A DNA stretch of 64,000 nt from an uncultured Candidatus Saccharibacteria bacterium (GTDB taxonomy: Bacteria > Patescibacteriota > Minisyncoccia > Portnoybacterales > UBA2143). The notes beneath the pieces are model-generated. The model searched no databases, was not told the origin of the DNA, and saw only the letters and a program-made list of their open reading frames with translations. Positions 39,746 to 48,281 of this stretch are shown piece by piece; the stretch's first letter is position 1, and each line of letters opens with the position of its first letter. Position numbers and translations under genes: made by a program. Location: positions 66,786-130,785 of the forward strand of contig CAZQUN010000001.1 of the NCBI GenBank assembly GCA_964596615.1, written 5' to 3'.

Positions 39746-40609
39746 TTACTCCCAAATTTGCTTCCAGGCAGAGCCGTTGTAACAGTTAAGCTGGTTGTCG
39801 GTGTTGTCAACAAAACACTTTCCTGCAACCTCAGAAGTAGGAGTAGCTGTTGGTTCTAACTTGAGAGTGGTTTGAATGAAGATAGAACTGGTTGTTGCGA
39901 TTGAAGAAGTAGAATTACCGAAATACATAGTCCCGTCAACTTCGACATCACCCTGAACATAGATATCATTGGACATATCAATATTGTTCATTGTTCCTCC
40001 AGCGCCAGCCCAAAAACCGGTTGAAGTTGCTACACCACCAATATTCATGCCATCGCTAACGTCGAATTCTCCCGGGCTGTCATCCCATCTGATAAACTCT
40101 GATGAAGAAGCGTCAAAGAAGATAGAGTCGTCATCATCGGCGATAAGATTACCTACCCAGAAATCATTAGATGTTGAAGCGCTTTCAAAGGTAGCCCAGC
40201 CAGTGCCATAGAGAGTTCCGTCAATTTCAACATCATCCTGGACGTAGAGGTCATTGGACATATCAATATTGTTCATTGTTCCTCCAGCGCCAGCCCAAAA
40301 ACCGGTTGAGGTTACTTTGCCGCCAACGTTAAAATCGTCTGTTAAATCAAACTCTCCTGGAGCATTGTCCCACATTAGCCATTCGCTTCCTGAAGCATCA
40401 AAAAAGAGCGAGTCATCATCATCGGCAATAACATTGCCCAACCAGAAATCATTGGTTGTTGAAGCGCTTTCCATTGTTACAGTTCCAGCAGTATTAATGT
40501 TGCTGTCAATAGTGGTGGCTGCGTAAGTAATTACGCTAACCAAGAAAACCGAAACGATGACACTTAACAAACCAGCAAAAAATTGGTGTTTTTTGAATAT
40601 TTTACTCAT
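39746..40609 (-). CDS. Secreted/anchored protein with two tandem ~95-aa repeats
   Basis: N-terminal TM/signal; the 285-nt DNA repeat is visible as duplicated antisense ORFs both starting MDISILFIVPPAPAQKPVEV. Confidence 0.55.
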   Translation of the reverse strand: MSKIFKKHQFFAGLLSVIVSVFLVSVITYAATTIDSNINTAGTVTMESASTTNDFWLGNVIADDDDSLFFDASGSEWLMWDNAPGEFDLTDDFNVGGKVTSTGFWAGAGGTMNNIDMSNDLYVQDDVEIDGTLYGTGWATFESASTSNDFWVGNLIADDDDSIFFDASSSEFIRWDDSPGEFDVSDGMNIGGVATSTGFWAGAGGTMNNIDMSNDIYVQGDVEVDGTMYFGNSTSSIATTSSIFIQTTLKLEPTATPTSEVAGKCFVDNTDNQLNCYNGSAWKQIWE

Positions 40610-40823
40610 ATAATTCTGAAAAGCTCAAAGTTGAAACCTAAGGTGTATTATTCAGAAGTTCCAAGCCTTAACTTTTCAGCCCTAAAAATATTTTCGACCT
40701 TTCTTGTTTGATAACACTAACCAAGAATACAAACCGACCTTCTTGCATTCTTATAGGAATATATAGAATTTAACTTACTCAATAATTATACCATTGGACA
40801 AGAATTAAAAAAACCTGTCAATT

Positions 40824-40851
40824 GTGGATAAGTTCTATGGTTGTGGATAAT
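40824..40851 (-). promoter_or_regulatory. Two DnaA-box-like 9-mers (TTATCCACA on minus strand) abutting a TTGACA -35
   Basis: TGTGGATAA at 40824-40832 and 40843-40851; the minus strand reads TTATCCACAAccatagaaCTTATCCACAATTGACA. Confidence 0.4.
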
Positions 40852-40855
40852 TAAA

Positions 40856-40886
40856 AGACCCCCGAAAAACGGGGGCCTTTTGTCCA
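40856..40886 (-). terminator. Rho-independent terminator of the 1207-aa gene
   Basis: CCCCCG-aaaaa-CGGGGG hairpin; the minus strand reads GGCCCCCGTTTTTCGGGGGTCTTTT. Confidence 0.7.
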
Positions 40887-40907
40887 ATTCTGTAATAAAC
40901 CTACTCG

Positions 40908-43900
40908 TTAGCCAGACCAACCAATAACATATGGTGTGGTTGAAACAGCATTCTCTAAGCCTGGTACTAAGTGACCGTTATACCACATTGGTAGAGTGGT
41001 AGCGTTGTTAGCGCCAGTTCCTGAAATGCTCGCGCCCTTGTAGTTGTCAGACCATAGGAAGTTACCTAGGTTAGCTGACAGATTCTGGCCGGTTGGGGCC
41101 GTGAATCCTGAGGCGTTGGTAGCATTAGCGAAGTTATGGGTATTAACCTCGTTTGAAGTAGAAACTGTGTCACCAACTAGGAAGGTACTTAGGTTTTCAC
41201 CAGTACCTGCTCCTGAAACAGTACCGCAGACCTTATAAAGTTTGCTTTCGCCAGCCGGAATCTTAATAGCTTCCGTGCTGTCATCAACACTAATGTCTGG
41301 GTTGTCAAAGGTCGCTGTATACCAAGATTCCATATTGCCATCATAGTTGTTGATAGCAGCCGCTGATTTAATCGTATTGCCATCCTGGTCTTTGACATAG
41401 ACATTGGATAATGTCATGCCAGATCCAGAGGTAGCAAAGACGAAAGTAGTTCGATAGAGAAGAACTTCTCCACCGGAAGCATCGGCTGTAACCTTATAGG
41501 CATACATACAAACCGTACCGTTGGTCAGTTCGTCTGCCAAACCGATAGAGTCTGCATCGGTTGAACTAAGTGATCCGGCCTTAGTAACGGTCGGCTTGCT
41601 GGACCTCATAATCATGGCTGAACTGGTTGAATCACGATAAACCTCATAGGTACTAGTGGTAAGTTTGGTATTAGAGGACATACCTGTCGTCTGAATACCA
41701 TTGATACCGCCGATACCAAGCTTTAAGTCAGCTGAGTTAGTACCCGGCGAATTATCGGTGTCTGGGTCAATCGTGCTCATATCGGCTTTGATTGCCAAGG
41801 TCTTATCGCCACCCTTTGGAACGGTCAAGTCGCCAGCGTCAAAGTTGAAGGTGTACTTAGCGGTTGACGGAATAGCCGCTTCGCCTAACTTGGTTGTGCC
41901 ATCATAGACAGCAACATTAGTAAAGTCGCGGTATTCACCACTACCAGCGCTGAAGCCATAACTACCATCAGCTACATAGATTGTCAACTTGTCTAGCCTC
42001 AAATCTTCATACTTGGATGACAGTTTAACGTTGGTAAAGACATTTCCAGTTGAGCCGGCCAAAACAATCGCTGAAGAAGGATTGCTCTCGGTCTCAATTG
42101 TCAATTCTCCATTAGCTCTGGACGTCAAAGTTGGACCATCATCAGAGGTTAAGCTTTCGGTAACTGAGTTACCGGTGTTAACACCATAAGCGGTGATAGA
42201 GTCGCCCCGGAGACCCCAGTTTTCTGTATCATCAGAAACAACTGTGTCTTTATCACCGTGCAACTCAATTGTCATAACCGTACCCTTTTCAATGATGATT
42301 GGCTCTTCCAAAGCGAACGTTGAGGAAGCTGCTGCAGCATCAGAAGAATCAGAAATAGCGTCATTGACTGGAGATTGCGCCACATCATCAGCGTAAACAG
42401 TTAGCGCGTTGGTGTTGGTTGCAGCGAAACCGCTAGCCTTGGCGGTGAAGCCAATAGATGTAATTCTGATGTCTTCTCCTGAGTCAGTCGCATCAAAACG
42501 CCAGCTGGAAAGATTAACATCCTTCTGGTCAATAATGATGTTTGTGTCAGCAGGAAGAGTATTCCTGGTAACTGTCAATGAAGCTGCTTTAACTGTCTGA
42601 GTGTTGCCGCTAATAGATGAGGATGGGGTCGGCGTGATAGAATTGCCGGTTGTAACCCCTTGAGCAGTCATAGCTGAAGGAGTAAAACTGACAACAATAG
42701 TATCATCACTTGCCCAACCACCATTGGTAGCTAGGTCGCCTCGAACCTTGTAAATAGTGTTGCCAACCGGGACGGTAAAGGTATCTGTCCAGGCAACAGT
42801 CAAGACATTGTTAGTAATGTCTGTCGGACCAGCAACAACTGTTCCGTCAGGATCAACTAATTCCAAACCAGTCAAAGCGTCTTCAATCTGACCAGTACCT
42901 CCGCCGGAGGCAACAGTCAAAGTTAGAGCGGAAATATCAATCTCTTCACCCTTAACTTCGAAGTTAAAGGCGCCTAAGATTTGATCATTGGCAACGCCAA
43001 TGTTCTCTGAGCCAACTGAATTACTTCTGGTAACCTGCAAGGTACCATTAGAAATTGTGAATTGGTTATCGCTCAAGACTGGATTGCCACTGCTTGAACC
43101 AGTGCTGCTGTAGGTTGGAGTAATGTTATAACCATAGGTAACACCTTCAACCAATAGGTCGGTTGTTCGGTAAATACCCAGGTCAATGGTTCGAGCTGAA
43201 CCATCTTCAATATCGGCTCTGACTTGATACTGGAGGGTTTGTCCCTTATCAAGAGTAATCGGGTCGAAACTGAAGTTAACGTACTTGCTGCTGGCTACAA
43301 CGCCGTCAGCAACTTTTACTCCATCTTGAAGTAATTCCATGTTAATAACATCAGTTCCTAGAGTAGCGCTACCTTCCTGATAAACCTTAATCTGGCTGAA
43401 TTTAACTTTTTCAGCTGAACCAGCCTGAATCTGGAAGGAAAAGAAGGTGTAATCTTCTTTACCAACCTGAATGCTGGTTGAGGTCGCATTGGTGTAAGCG
43501 CCTCTTTGAACAGTAGCTGTACCAATAGCAATGGTGCTGTTCAAAGTCATTCGGTTACCAGTTAATGGCAAGCTGGCATTTACACTAGCGTCATCTTTAA
43601 CTGTAACAGCAGCTAGAGATAATGACGGTGTTTCACCGTTGTATGAATCTAGGCTGGCAGGCATGTTAGCCGCAATAATAATCGGCTTGGTTGTTCCATC
43701 CTCAACAGTAAAGTCGTTGTTAAAGGTTGACTTATGAAGTGAGTTTAGAGTTTTACTGTTGGTATTGATTGGCAAACCTGTGTCGCCATCAATAAGATCT
43801 AATGAGGAGAAACCGCCATCCTGACCAACGCCAGTTCTTTCAACTACTACCTGGTCAACGATAACATCGCCGCCTGAAGCAGTGAAGTTGAGTTTTGTGA

Positions 43901-44531
43901 AGTAATATCTGGCTGCGTTCTCAACAACGATAGCCGATGCTGGAGTGTCAGCCGCCAAAGAAACTGAAAGAGTTCCTTCGCTGGTAGTAGTGCCTGCTGG
44001 CGGGAAAGTTGCATTCGGATCAGTGACATTAGCACCAGACGTATACCCAGCTGAATCGGTGCTGTTAATGGTGTAAATTGAATCAGCGTCAAAGACCGCC
44101 GTGAACTCACTTGAGGTCATATTGAGCCAATACTTATCACCGGTATCAGTGCCATCGGCAGCATGGAGTCGGTAGACATTGTCAGCTCCATCAACTCTGA
44201 CTAGGTCAGAGGTAGAAAACTCGTCCATGGTTGACTGGTCAACATCCATAACATCATCCCAGTTATCACCATTGCCGTTCTTGTCAAAGTGTGCATAGCT
44301 CTCAAAAACATGAGGGCTAAGAACTAATCTTTTGTACTTCTCGCTGCCAACAACTTTAACAATATAGATGTCGAGTTGAGCTAATCCTGCAGCGCTTGGG
44401 TTGCGGATTAAATCACCATCAACAACATCGACTGCTAAAGCCGCTACTGGAGCAAGCATTGCTACTCCTGAAAGCGATAGAGTTGTAGCGATAGAAGTCA
44501 AAACTGTAATTGACTTTTTCATTTTATTCAT
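40908..44531 (-). CDS. Giant (1207 aa) secreted Ser/Thr-rich surface protein, probable adhesin/S-layer-like with Ig-like beta-rich repeats
   Basis: Signal peptide; N-terminal module shared with the 447-aa protein; low-complexity T/S/G/V-rich repeats. The 262-nt 5' UTR contains the GAGATTG/CAATCTC hairpin. Confidence 0.65.
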   Translation of the reverse strand: MNKMKKSITVLTSIATTLSLSGVAMLAPVAALAVDVVDGDLIRNPSAAGLAQLDIYIVKVVGSEKYKRLVLSPHVFESYAHFDKNGNGDNWDDVMDVDQSTMDEFSTSDLVRVDGADNVYRLHAADGTDTGDKYWLNMTSSEFTAVFDADSIYTINSTDSAGYTSGANVTDPNATFPPAGTTTSEGTLSVSLAADTPASAIVVENAARYYFTKLNFTASGGDVIVDQVVVERTGVGQDGGFSSLDLIDGDTGLPINTNSKTLNSLHKSTFNNDFTVEDGTTKPIIIAANMPASLDSYNGETPSLSLAAVTVKDDASVNASLPLTGNRMTLNSTIAIGTATVQRGAYTNATSTSIQVGKEDYTFFSFQIQAGSAEKVKFSQIKVYQEGSATLGTDVINMELLQDGVKVADGVVASSKYVNFSFDPITLDKGQTLQYQVRADIEDGSARTIDLGIYRTTDLLVEGVTYGYNITPTYSSTGSSSGNPVLSDNQFTISNGTLQVTRSNSVGSENIGVANDQILGAFNFEVKGEEIDISALTLTVASGGGTGQIEDALTGLELVDPDGTVVAGPTDITNNVLTVAWTDTFTVPVGNTIYKVRGDLATNGGWASDDTIVVSFTPSAMTAQGVTTGNSITPTPSSSISGNTQTVKAASLTVTRNTLPADTNIIIDQKDVNLSSWRFDATDSGEDIRITSIGFTAKASGFAATNTNALTVYADDVAQSPVNDAISDSSDAAAASSTFALEEPIIIEKGTVMTIELHGDKDTVVSDDTENWGLRGDSITAYGVNTGNSVTESLTSDDGPTLTSRANGELTIETESNPSSAIVLAGSTGNVFTNVKLSSKYEDLRLDKLTIYVADGSYGFSAGSGEYRDFTNVAVYDGTTKLGEAAIPSTAKYTFNFDAGDLTVPKGGDKTLAIKADMSTIDPDTDNSPGTNSADLKLGIGGINGIQTTGMSSNTKLTTSTYEVYRDSTSSAMIMRSSKPTVTKAGSLSSTDADSIGLADELTNGTVCMYAYKVTADASGGEVLLYRTTFVFATSGSGMTLSNVYVKDQDGNTIKSAAAINNYDGNMESWYTATFDNPDISVDDSTEAIKIPAGESKLYKVCGTVSGAGTGENLSTFLVGDTVSTSNEVNTHNFANATNASGFTAPTGQNLSANLGNFLWSDNYKGASISGTGANNATTLPMWYNGHLVPGLENAVSTTPYVIGWSG

Positions 44532-44784
44532 TTTGTTTCAATCTCTGAGATTGGCTAATTCATATGATATTAAACAATCTCATTCGACTTTTTTATCCCG
44601 TTTTACAGGGATTTCTTCAATCATATCGACCATTTATATTTACGATTGAATCTCTATTTATATCTCAAACCAGTCCAAAAGTCAAGGTTTTTTCACTATT
44701 TACGCGAAAACACGACCAATCCCTGACTTAGGCTTGGACTTCTTCAAATTATACAATAAATAAACTATTTTAAAACAACTTCTT

Positions 44785-44793
44785 TGTGGATAA
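44785..44793 (-). promoter_or_regulatory. DnaA-box-like 9-mer upstream of the giant-protein promoter
   Basis: TGTGGATAA abuts the anti-sigma gene stop; the minus strand reads TTATCCACAaagaagTTGTTT...TATAAT. Confidence 0.35.
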
Positions 44794-45546
44794 CTATTTC
44801 TCAATAATATCGTCTGTTGAAGTCACGGTTTCAAGGAAAATTAGGATTTCCTCGTCAATTATTCCGGTTGTAGTAGCATTATGATTGTTTTCTTCTCCAT
44901 TATCAATTAAAACCGCCAAAATATCCTGGCTAATTTCTTTAATCGTTTTTTCTGCTTCATCAATATCACCCTTAACCTCAATTGGCATTCCTTCCTTGGT
45001 TTTATCCAGGTTTTCCTTTAATCTTTTGGTCTTTTTAGCGACAACAACAGCCTCTTCTTTAGAAGAAATTCCTTTAACATGCTGGCTGAATCCAGCTAAA
45101 TTATCCTTAAAATTAGTCATGACCTGCTTGGTTTTTTCTGTTTTTTCTTCCGGACTAAAGGAATCCCCCGTTATTTTCGCCAATTCCTCTAATCGGCGGC
45201 TGGCAAATTTGACTTCCAGTTGAGTTTTGCTTTCCTGAGAAGCAACTGTTTTCTGAATATCTTCTCCTGCTCTTTTGACCGCATAAAGAAATTCTCCTGG
45301 CAAACTTGGCTCTGAGGCCTTTAATGTCAGCCATGGTCCAAGAACCAGAATCAAGGTCAAAGAGACAGCCAAAGCCATTGGCTGTAATCTCATAAACCAG
45401 CCGAAATCAAGGCTATTCCTTCCTTCTCTAACCATTTCAAAATCAATCTGAGCAGATAAATTACGGCGCAATAAGGCCAGCCAATGGCGAGACGGCTGGA
45501 TTTTATCCAATTTCTTTATTCTTTTGATTAAATCTTGTTCAGTCAT
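44794..45546 (-). CDS. Putative anti-sigma factor (single-TM, coiled-coil ectodomain)
   Basis: Immediately downstream of the ECF sigma gene; one TM at ~aa 55-75; context-based call. Confidence 0.35.
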   Translation of the reverse strand: MTEQDLIKRIKKLDKIQPSRHWLALLRRNLSAQIDFEMVREGRNSLDFGWFMRLQPMALAVSLTLILVLGPWLTLKASEPSLPGEFLYAVKRAGEDIQKTVASQESKTQLEVKFASRRLEELAKITGDSFSPEEKTEKTKQVMTNFKDNLAGFSQHVKGISSKEEAVVVAKKTKRLKENLDKTKEGMPIEVKGDIDEAEKTIKEISQDILAVLIDNGEENNHNATTTGIIDEEILIFLETVTSTDDIIEK

Positions 45547-45590
45547 GTATTACTATATTAAGACGATTAAAAACCCTTTTTGTTACAGGT

Positions 45591-46094
45591 TTAAAGCTTC
45601 TTTTTTAGAGCATTCATTGCCCGATGGACAAGAACCCGGGTTGCTCCCTCTGATTTACCTAAAATCTGGCTAATTTCCTTGGTTGAAAGTTCGTCTAAAT
45701 ACCGCCAGACAATCACATTCTGATGCTCATCTTTTAGTTGAGAAAGCGCCTTTTTAACCCCTTCCATATCCGAGTCTACCTTAATTTTAGCGCCTAGATC
45801 GCTTTTATCTTTAATTCCAGCTAAAACATTCTCGCTCGGGTTTAAAATTATTTCTTTCCTGGATTTCTTCCGATAGAGATCAATAACCAGATTATGGGCT
45901 ATCCGATAAAGTAAAGCCCGCGGATTATCTATCTTTTTCTTTTGGCGGTTGTTTTTAACATTTTGCCAGAACTTAAAAAAGGTTTCTGAAGTCAAATCTT
46001 CAGAATCTTCTGGCGAACTCACCTTTAGGAAAATGAAGCGATAAATTCGCGGAGCGTAGTTATCGTATAGTTTTACAAATTGTCTTTTTCTCAT
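45591..46094 (-). CDS. RNA polymerase sigma-70 factor, ECF subfamily
   Basis: Region 2 LYRIAHNLVIDLYRK and region 4 HTH ISQILGKSEGATRVLVHRAMNALKK. Confidence 0.8.
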   Translation of the reverse strand: MRKRQFVKLYDNYAPRIYRFIFLKVSSPEDSEDLTSETFFKFWQNVKNNRQKKKIDNPRALLYRIAHNLVIDLYRKKSRKEIILNPSENVLAGIKDKSDLGAKIKVDSDMEGVKKALSQLKDEHQNVIVWRYLDELSTKEISQILGKSEGATRVLVHRAMNALKKKL

Positions 46095-46103
46095 TTTAGC
46101 AGG

Positions 46104-46112
46104 TTATCCACA
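46104..46112 (+). promoter_or_regulatory. DnaA-box-like 9-mer, 9 nt upstream of the sigma start codon
   Basis: TTATCCACA on the plus strand. Confidence 0.35.
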
Positions 46113-46120
46113 AAAACAAG

Positions 46121-46213
46121 TAATAAGGAATTAATAAGGAATCTTCAGGATTAATAAGGAACTAATAGGGAATTAATAAGGAATTTTATTGTTCCTTATT
46201 AAGTTCCTTATTA
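46121..46213. repeat. Decamer array: 5 direct TAATAAGGAA (one TAATAGGGAA) plus 2 inverted TTCCTTATTA
   Basis: Seen directly; sits in the sigma promoter region; the inverted copies encode the C-terminal NKELNKEQ of the upstream HTH protein. Confidence 0.8.
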
Positions 46214-46722
46214 TTTCGATAAAAACTACTCCTTCCCCGGCCTTGCTGGATTAATAATTTCCTTTTAACCATTTTATTCAAATCTTTACGGATTGTTCTG
46301 GGATTAACCTTGGGAAGTAAAACTAATAATTCTTTTAATTGAACCTCTCTAACTTCTTTAATATATTTAAGAATCTTCTTTTGTCTTTCGCTTAGATTCT
46401 CAATTCTCTCTTTTTTTAAAAGATTTGTTTGTTCTTTCTTGTTTCCCCGTCTTATCTCTCTTAATAACTCATTATATCCCCTTATTAGTATATCAAAATT
46501 AACGTTTCTTATCCAATTCTGGTCCCGGGCAATTTGAAGATAACTTAAAATGATTTCTATTTTTTTACCGGCCTTTGCCCTTTGGTTTAAAGCTAAATCG
46601 GATAATATCTCATTGGCTATCCCTCTCATCTGGGAAATTAAAATCTCACCCCCGGGGAAAAGCTTGGTCACACGGTATACTGCCAAGCCTAATCTGAGTG
46701 CTTTTTCCTTCAAATCTTCCAT
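46186..46722 (-). CDS. Putative DNA-binding protein with C-terminal winged HTH (DeoR/HTH_11-like)
   Basis: SERQKKILKYIKE...VQLKELLVLLPKVNPRTIRKDLNKMVKRKLL resembles DeoR-type wHTH; N-terminal helical domain. Confidence 0.4.
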   Translation of the reverse strand: MEDLKEKALRLGLAVYRVTKLFPGGEILISQMRGIANEILSDLALNQRAKAGKKIEIILSYLQIARDQNWIRNVNFDILIRGYNELLREIRRGNKKEQTNLLKKERIENLSERQKKILKYIKEVREVQLKELLVLLPKVNPRTIRKDLNKMVKRKLLIQQGRGRSSFYRNNKELNKEQ

Positions 46723-46808
46723 GTATTAAAGAGTATATGATATTTAACAATTCAAGGCAACATAAAAGCGACTAAGAATTACTTTCCCTAGTCGCCATAT
46801 TTTTTGGG

Positions 46809-46898
46809 TGGTGGCGATGACGGGGCTCGAACCCGTGACAGTACGGCTACAGCCCACAGGTTATGAACCTGCCGCTCTATCCTCTGAGCTACATCGCC
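46809..46898 (-). tRNA. tRNA with CAT anticodon (Met/Ile2-type) carrying an unusual 19-nt variable region; 90 nt incl. CCA
   Basis: Hand fold: acceptor GGCGATG/CATCGCC, U8A9, D-stem GCTC/GAGC, anticodon stem GCAGG/CCTGT with loop TTCATAA, T-arm ACGGG-TTCGAGC-CCCGT, encoded CCA. Confidence 0.55.
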
Positions 46899-46911
46899 AC
46901 ACTTTTTGGGT

Positions 46912-46987
46912 TGGAGCGGGAGGCGGGAATCGAACCCACGACCCGCTGATTAAGACTCAGACGCTCTTCCAACTGAGCTACTTCCGC
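46912..46987 (-). tRNA. tRNA-Lys (CTT), 76 nt incl. CCA
   Basis: Hand fold: acceptor GCGGAAG/CTCCCGC (one A-C mismatch), D-stem GCTC/GAGC, anticodon loop GTCTTAA, T-arm GTGGG-TTCGATT-CCCGC, CCA. Confidence 0.65.
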
Positions 46988-47037
46988 CCAAAACCACTTA
47001 GGAACTAAAAAGAATTTATCATAAATATTTTTCCAAG

Positions 47038-47529
47038 TCAAACCTCAACCAACTCCGGACTCGCCCGGACTTTTCTAATGGGCTGGGAAATAAACTTTAT
47101 TTCAGCGGTAGCAATAGTATCTTTTCCCCTCAAAACAATTGCTCGACCTTCGGCCCAAGTATATCTCCCTAAATCTTTACTCGACATATTTTTTGTCCTC
47201 CTAAGCCGAGCCTTAACCACGACACTTTCGCCAATCAGTAAGAGGTTTTCAAAATCTATGATTGACTTCATCTCTACTCTACGAGTCATGCCCGCAATTC
47301 CATTCCTAGCAGCCAAATTACTCACCGCTCCGTCAATTAGACCGAAAATAATCGCTCCATGACAGATTCCAGGCCAACTAACATGGAAAGCATTAGGGGT
47401 AAACTCTGCTTCGCATCTGTTTTTGCCAGTATTTTCAAATTCCAGACCAAGCCCCCATGGATTTGAAGACCCGCAGACAAAACACCTGGGAGAATGTCCT
47501 TCTACTCCTGGCTTGCCATCCATAACCAA
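47038..47529 (-). CDS. Hotdog-fold thioesterase (PaaI/COG2050-like)
   Basis: CFVCGSSNPWGLGLEF matches the conserved N-terminal motif of PaaI-type thioesterases. Confidence 0.55.
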   Translation of the reverse strand: MVMDGKPGVEGHSPRCFVCGSSNPWGLGLEFENTGKNRCEAEFTPNAFHVSWPGICHGAIIFGLIDGAVSNLAARNGIAGMTRRVEMKSIIDFENLLLIGESVVVKARLRRTKNMSSKDLGRYTWAEGRAIVLRGKDTIATAEIKFISQPIRKVRASPELVEV

Positions 47530-47542
47530 TCCCTCTTTATTC

Positions 47543-48142
47543 CTATTTCAAAGAATATCCAGGGATTTTAATTTCCCCGGTTGTGATTTTTTGCAATGTT
47601 TTTGGGAATAAAATATGCTCTTGTTTTAAAACCCGGGCTGCCAAACTTTCTGGTGTATCATTTTTTTCAACCGGAACCCGAACTTGGGCAATAACCGGTC
47701 CGGTATCGTAGTCAGCATCAACAATATGAATTGAAACGCCAGTTTCCCTTTCTCCGGCTTTAAGAACCGCCTGATGAACCCTAATTCCATACATTCCGTC
47801 TCCGCCAAACTTGGGTAAAAGCGCTGGGTGAATATTTAAAATTGCCCCGTTATAGCGAGACAATATTTCCGGTCCGATTTTCTTCATATATCCAGCTAAA
47901 ACCACAATATCAACAGAATGTTTATTCAAGGCATCAATAATGGCCTGATCAAGATTTTGATGAGTCTTATTACTTAAATGAAAATAGGGGATATTTTCTT
48001 TTTTTGCTCTTTTAATTGCCCCTGAATCGCTGTTGTTACTAATGACAACAACCGGCTTTGCTTTCAAAGCCTCTGATTTGCAGGCATCAATAATCGCCTG
48101 CATATTACTTCCATTACCTGATGCTAAAAACCCAATTCTCAT
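47543..48142 (-). CDS. purN: Phosphoribosylglycinamide formyltransferase
   Basis: MRIGFLASGNGSNMQAIIDA; NIHPALLPKFGG; HIVDADYDTGPVIAQ. Confidence 0.85.
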   Translation of the reverse strand: MRIGFLASGNGSNMQAIIDACKSEALKAKPVVVISNNSDSGAIKRAKKENIPYFHLSNKTHQNLDQAIIDALNKHSVDIVVLAGYMKKIGPEILSRYNGAILNIHPALLPKFGGDGMYGIRVHQAVLKAGERETGVSIHIVDADYDTGPVIAQVRVPVEKNDTPESLAARVLKQEHILFPKTLQKITTGEIKIPGYSLK

Positions 48143-48189
48143 CGTTATATCCAGAATACCTTTTCACTATCAAAAGTCAATCTTTTGAC

Positions 48190-48218
48190 TTGACAAAACC
48201 AAATAATTTTGGTAGACT
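48190..48218 (+). promoter_or_regulatory. Sigma70-like promoter TTGACA-17-TAGACT for the His-rich ORF
   Basis: Seen directly; preceded by the AGTCAA/TTGACT inverted repeat. Confidence 0.45.
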
Positions 48219-48281
48219 GAATTAATTGAATTAAAAGAAAAACAAGTTCTCTTTAAATAAATTTCCGAAAAGGAGAGAGAA

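Noticed and set aside
46121-46213. CRISPR array
   Set aside because: Units are 10-11 bp with no unique spacers. The array is partly direct and partly inverted, and there are no cas genes.
46912-46987. Concern that tRNA-Lys is a pseudogene (A-C mismatch at acceptor 5:68 and two extra G upstream)
   Set aside because: All other arms and the CCA are canonical, and a single acceptor mismatch is tolerated; kept as tRNA with reduced confidence.
46808-47008. 66-aa plus-strand ORF
   Set aside because: It is the antisense of two minus-strand tRNA genes.
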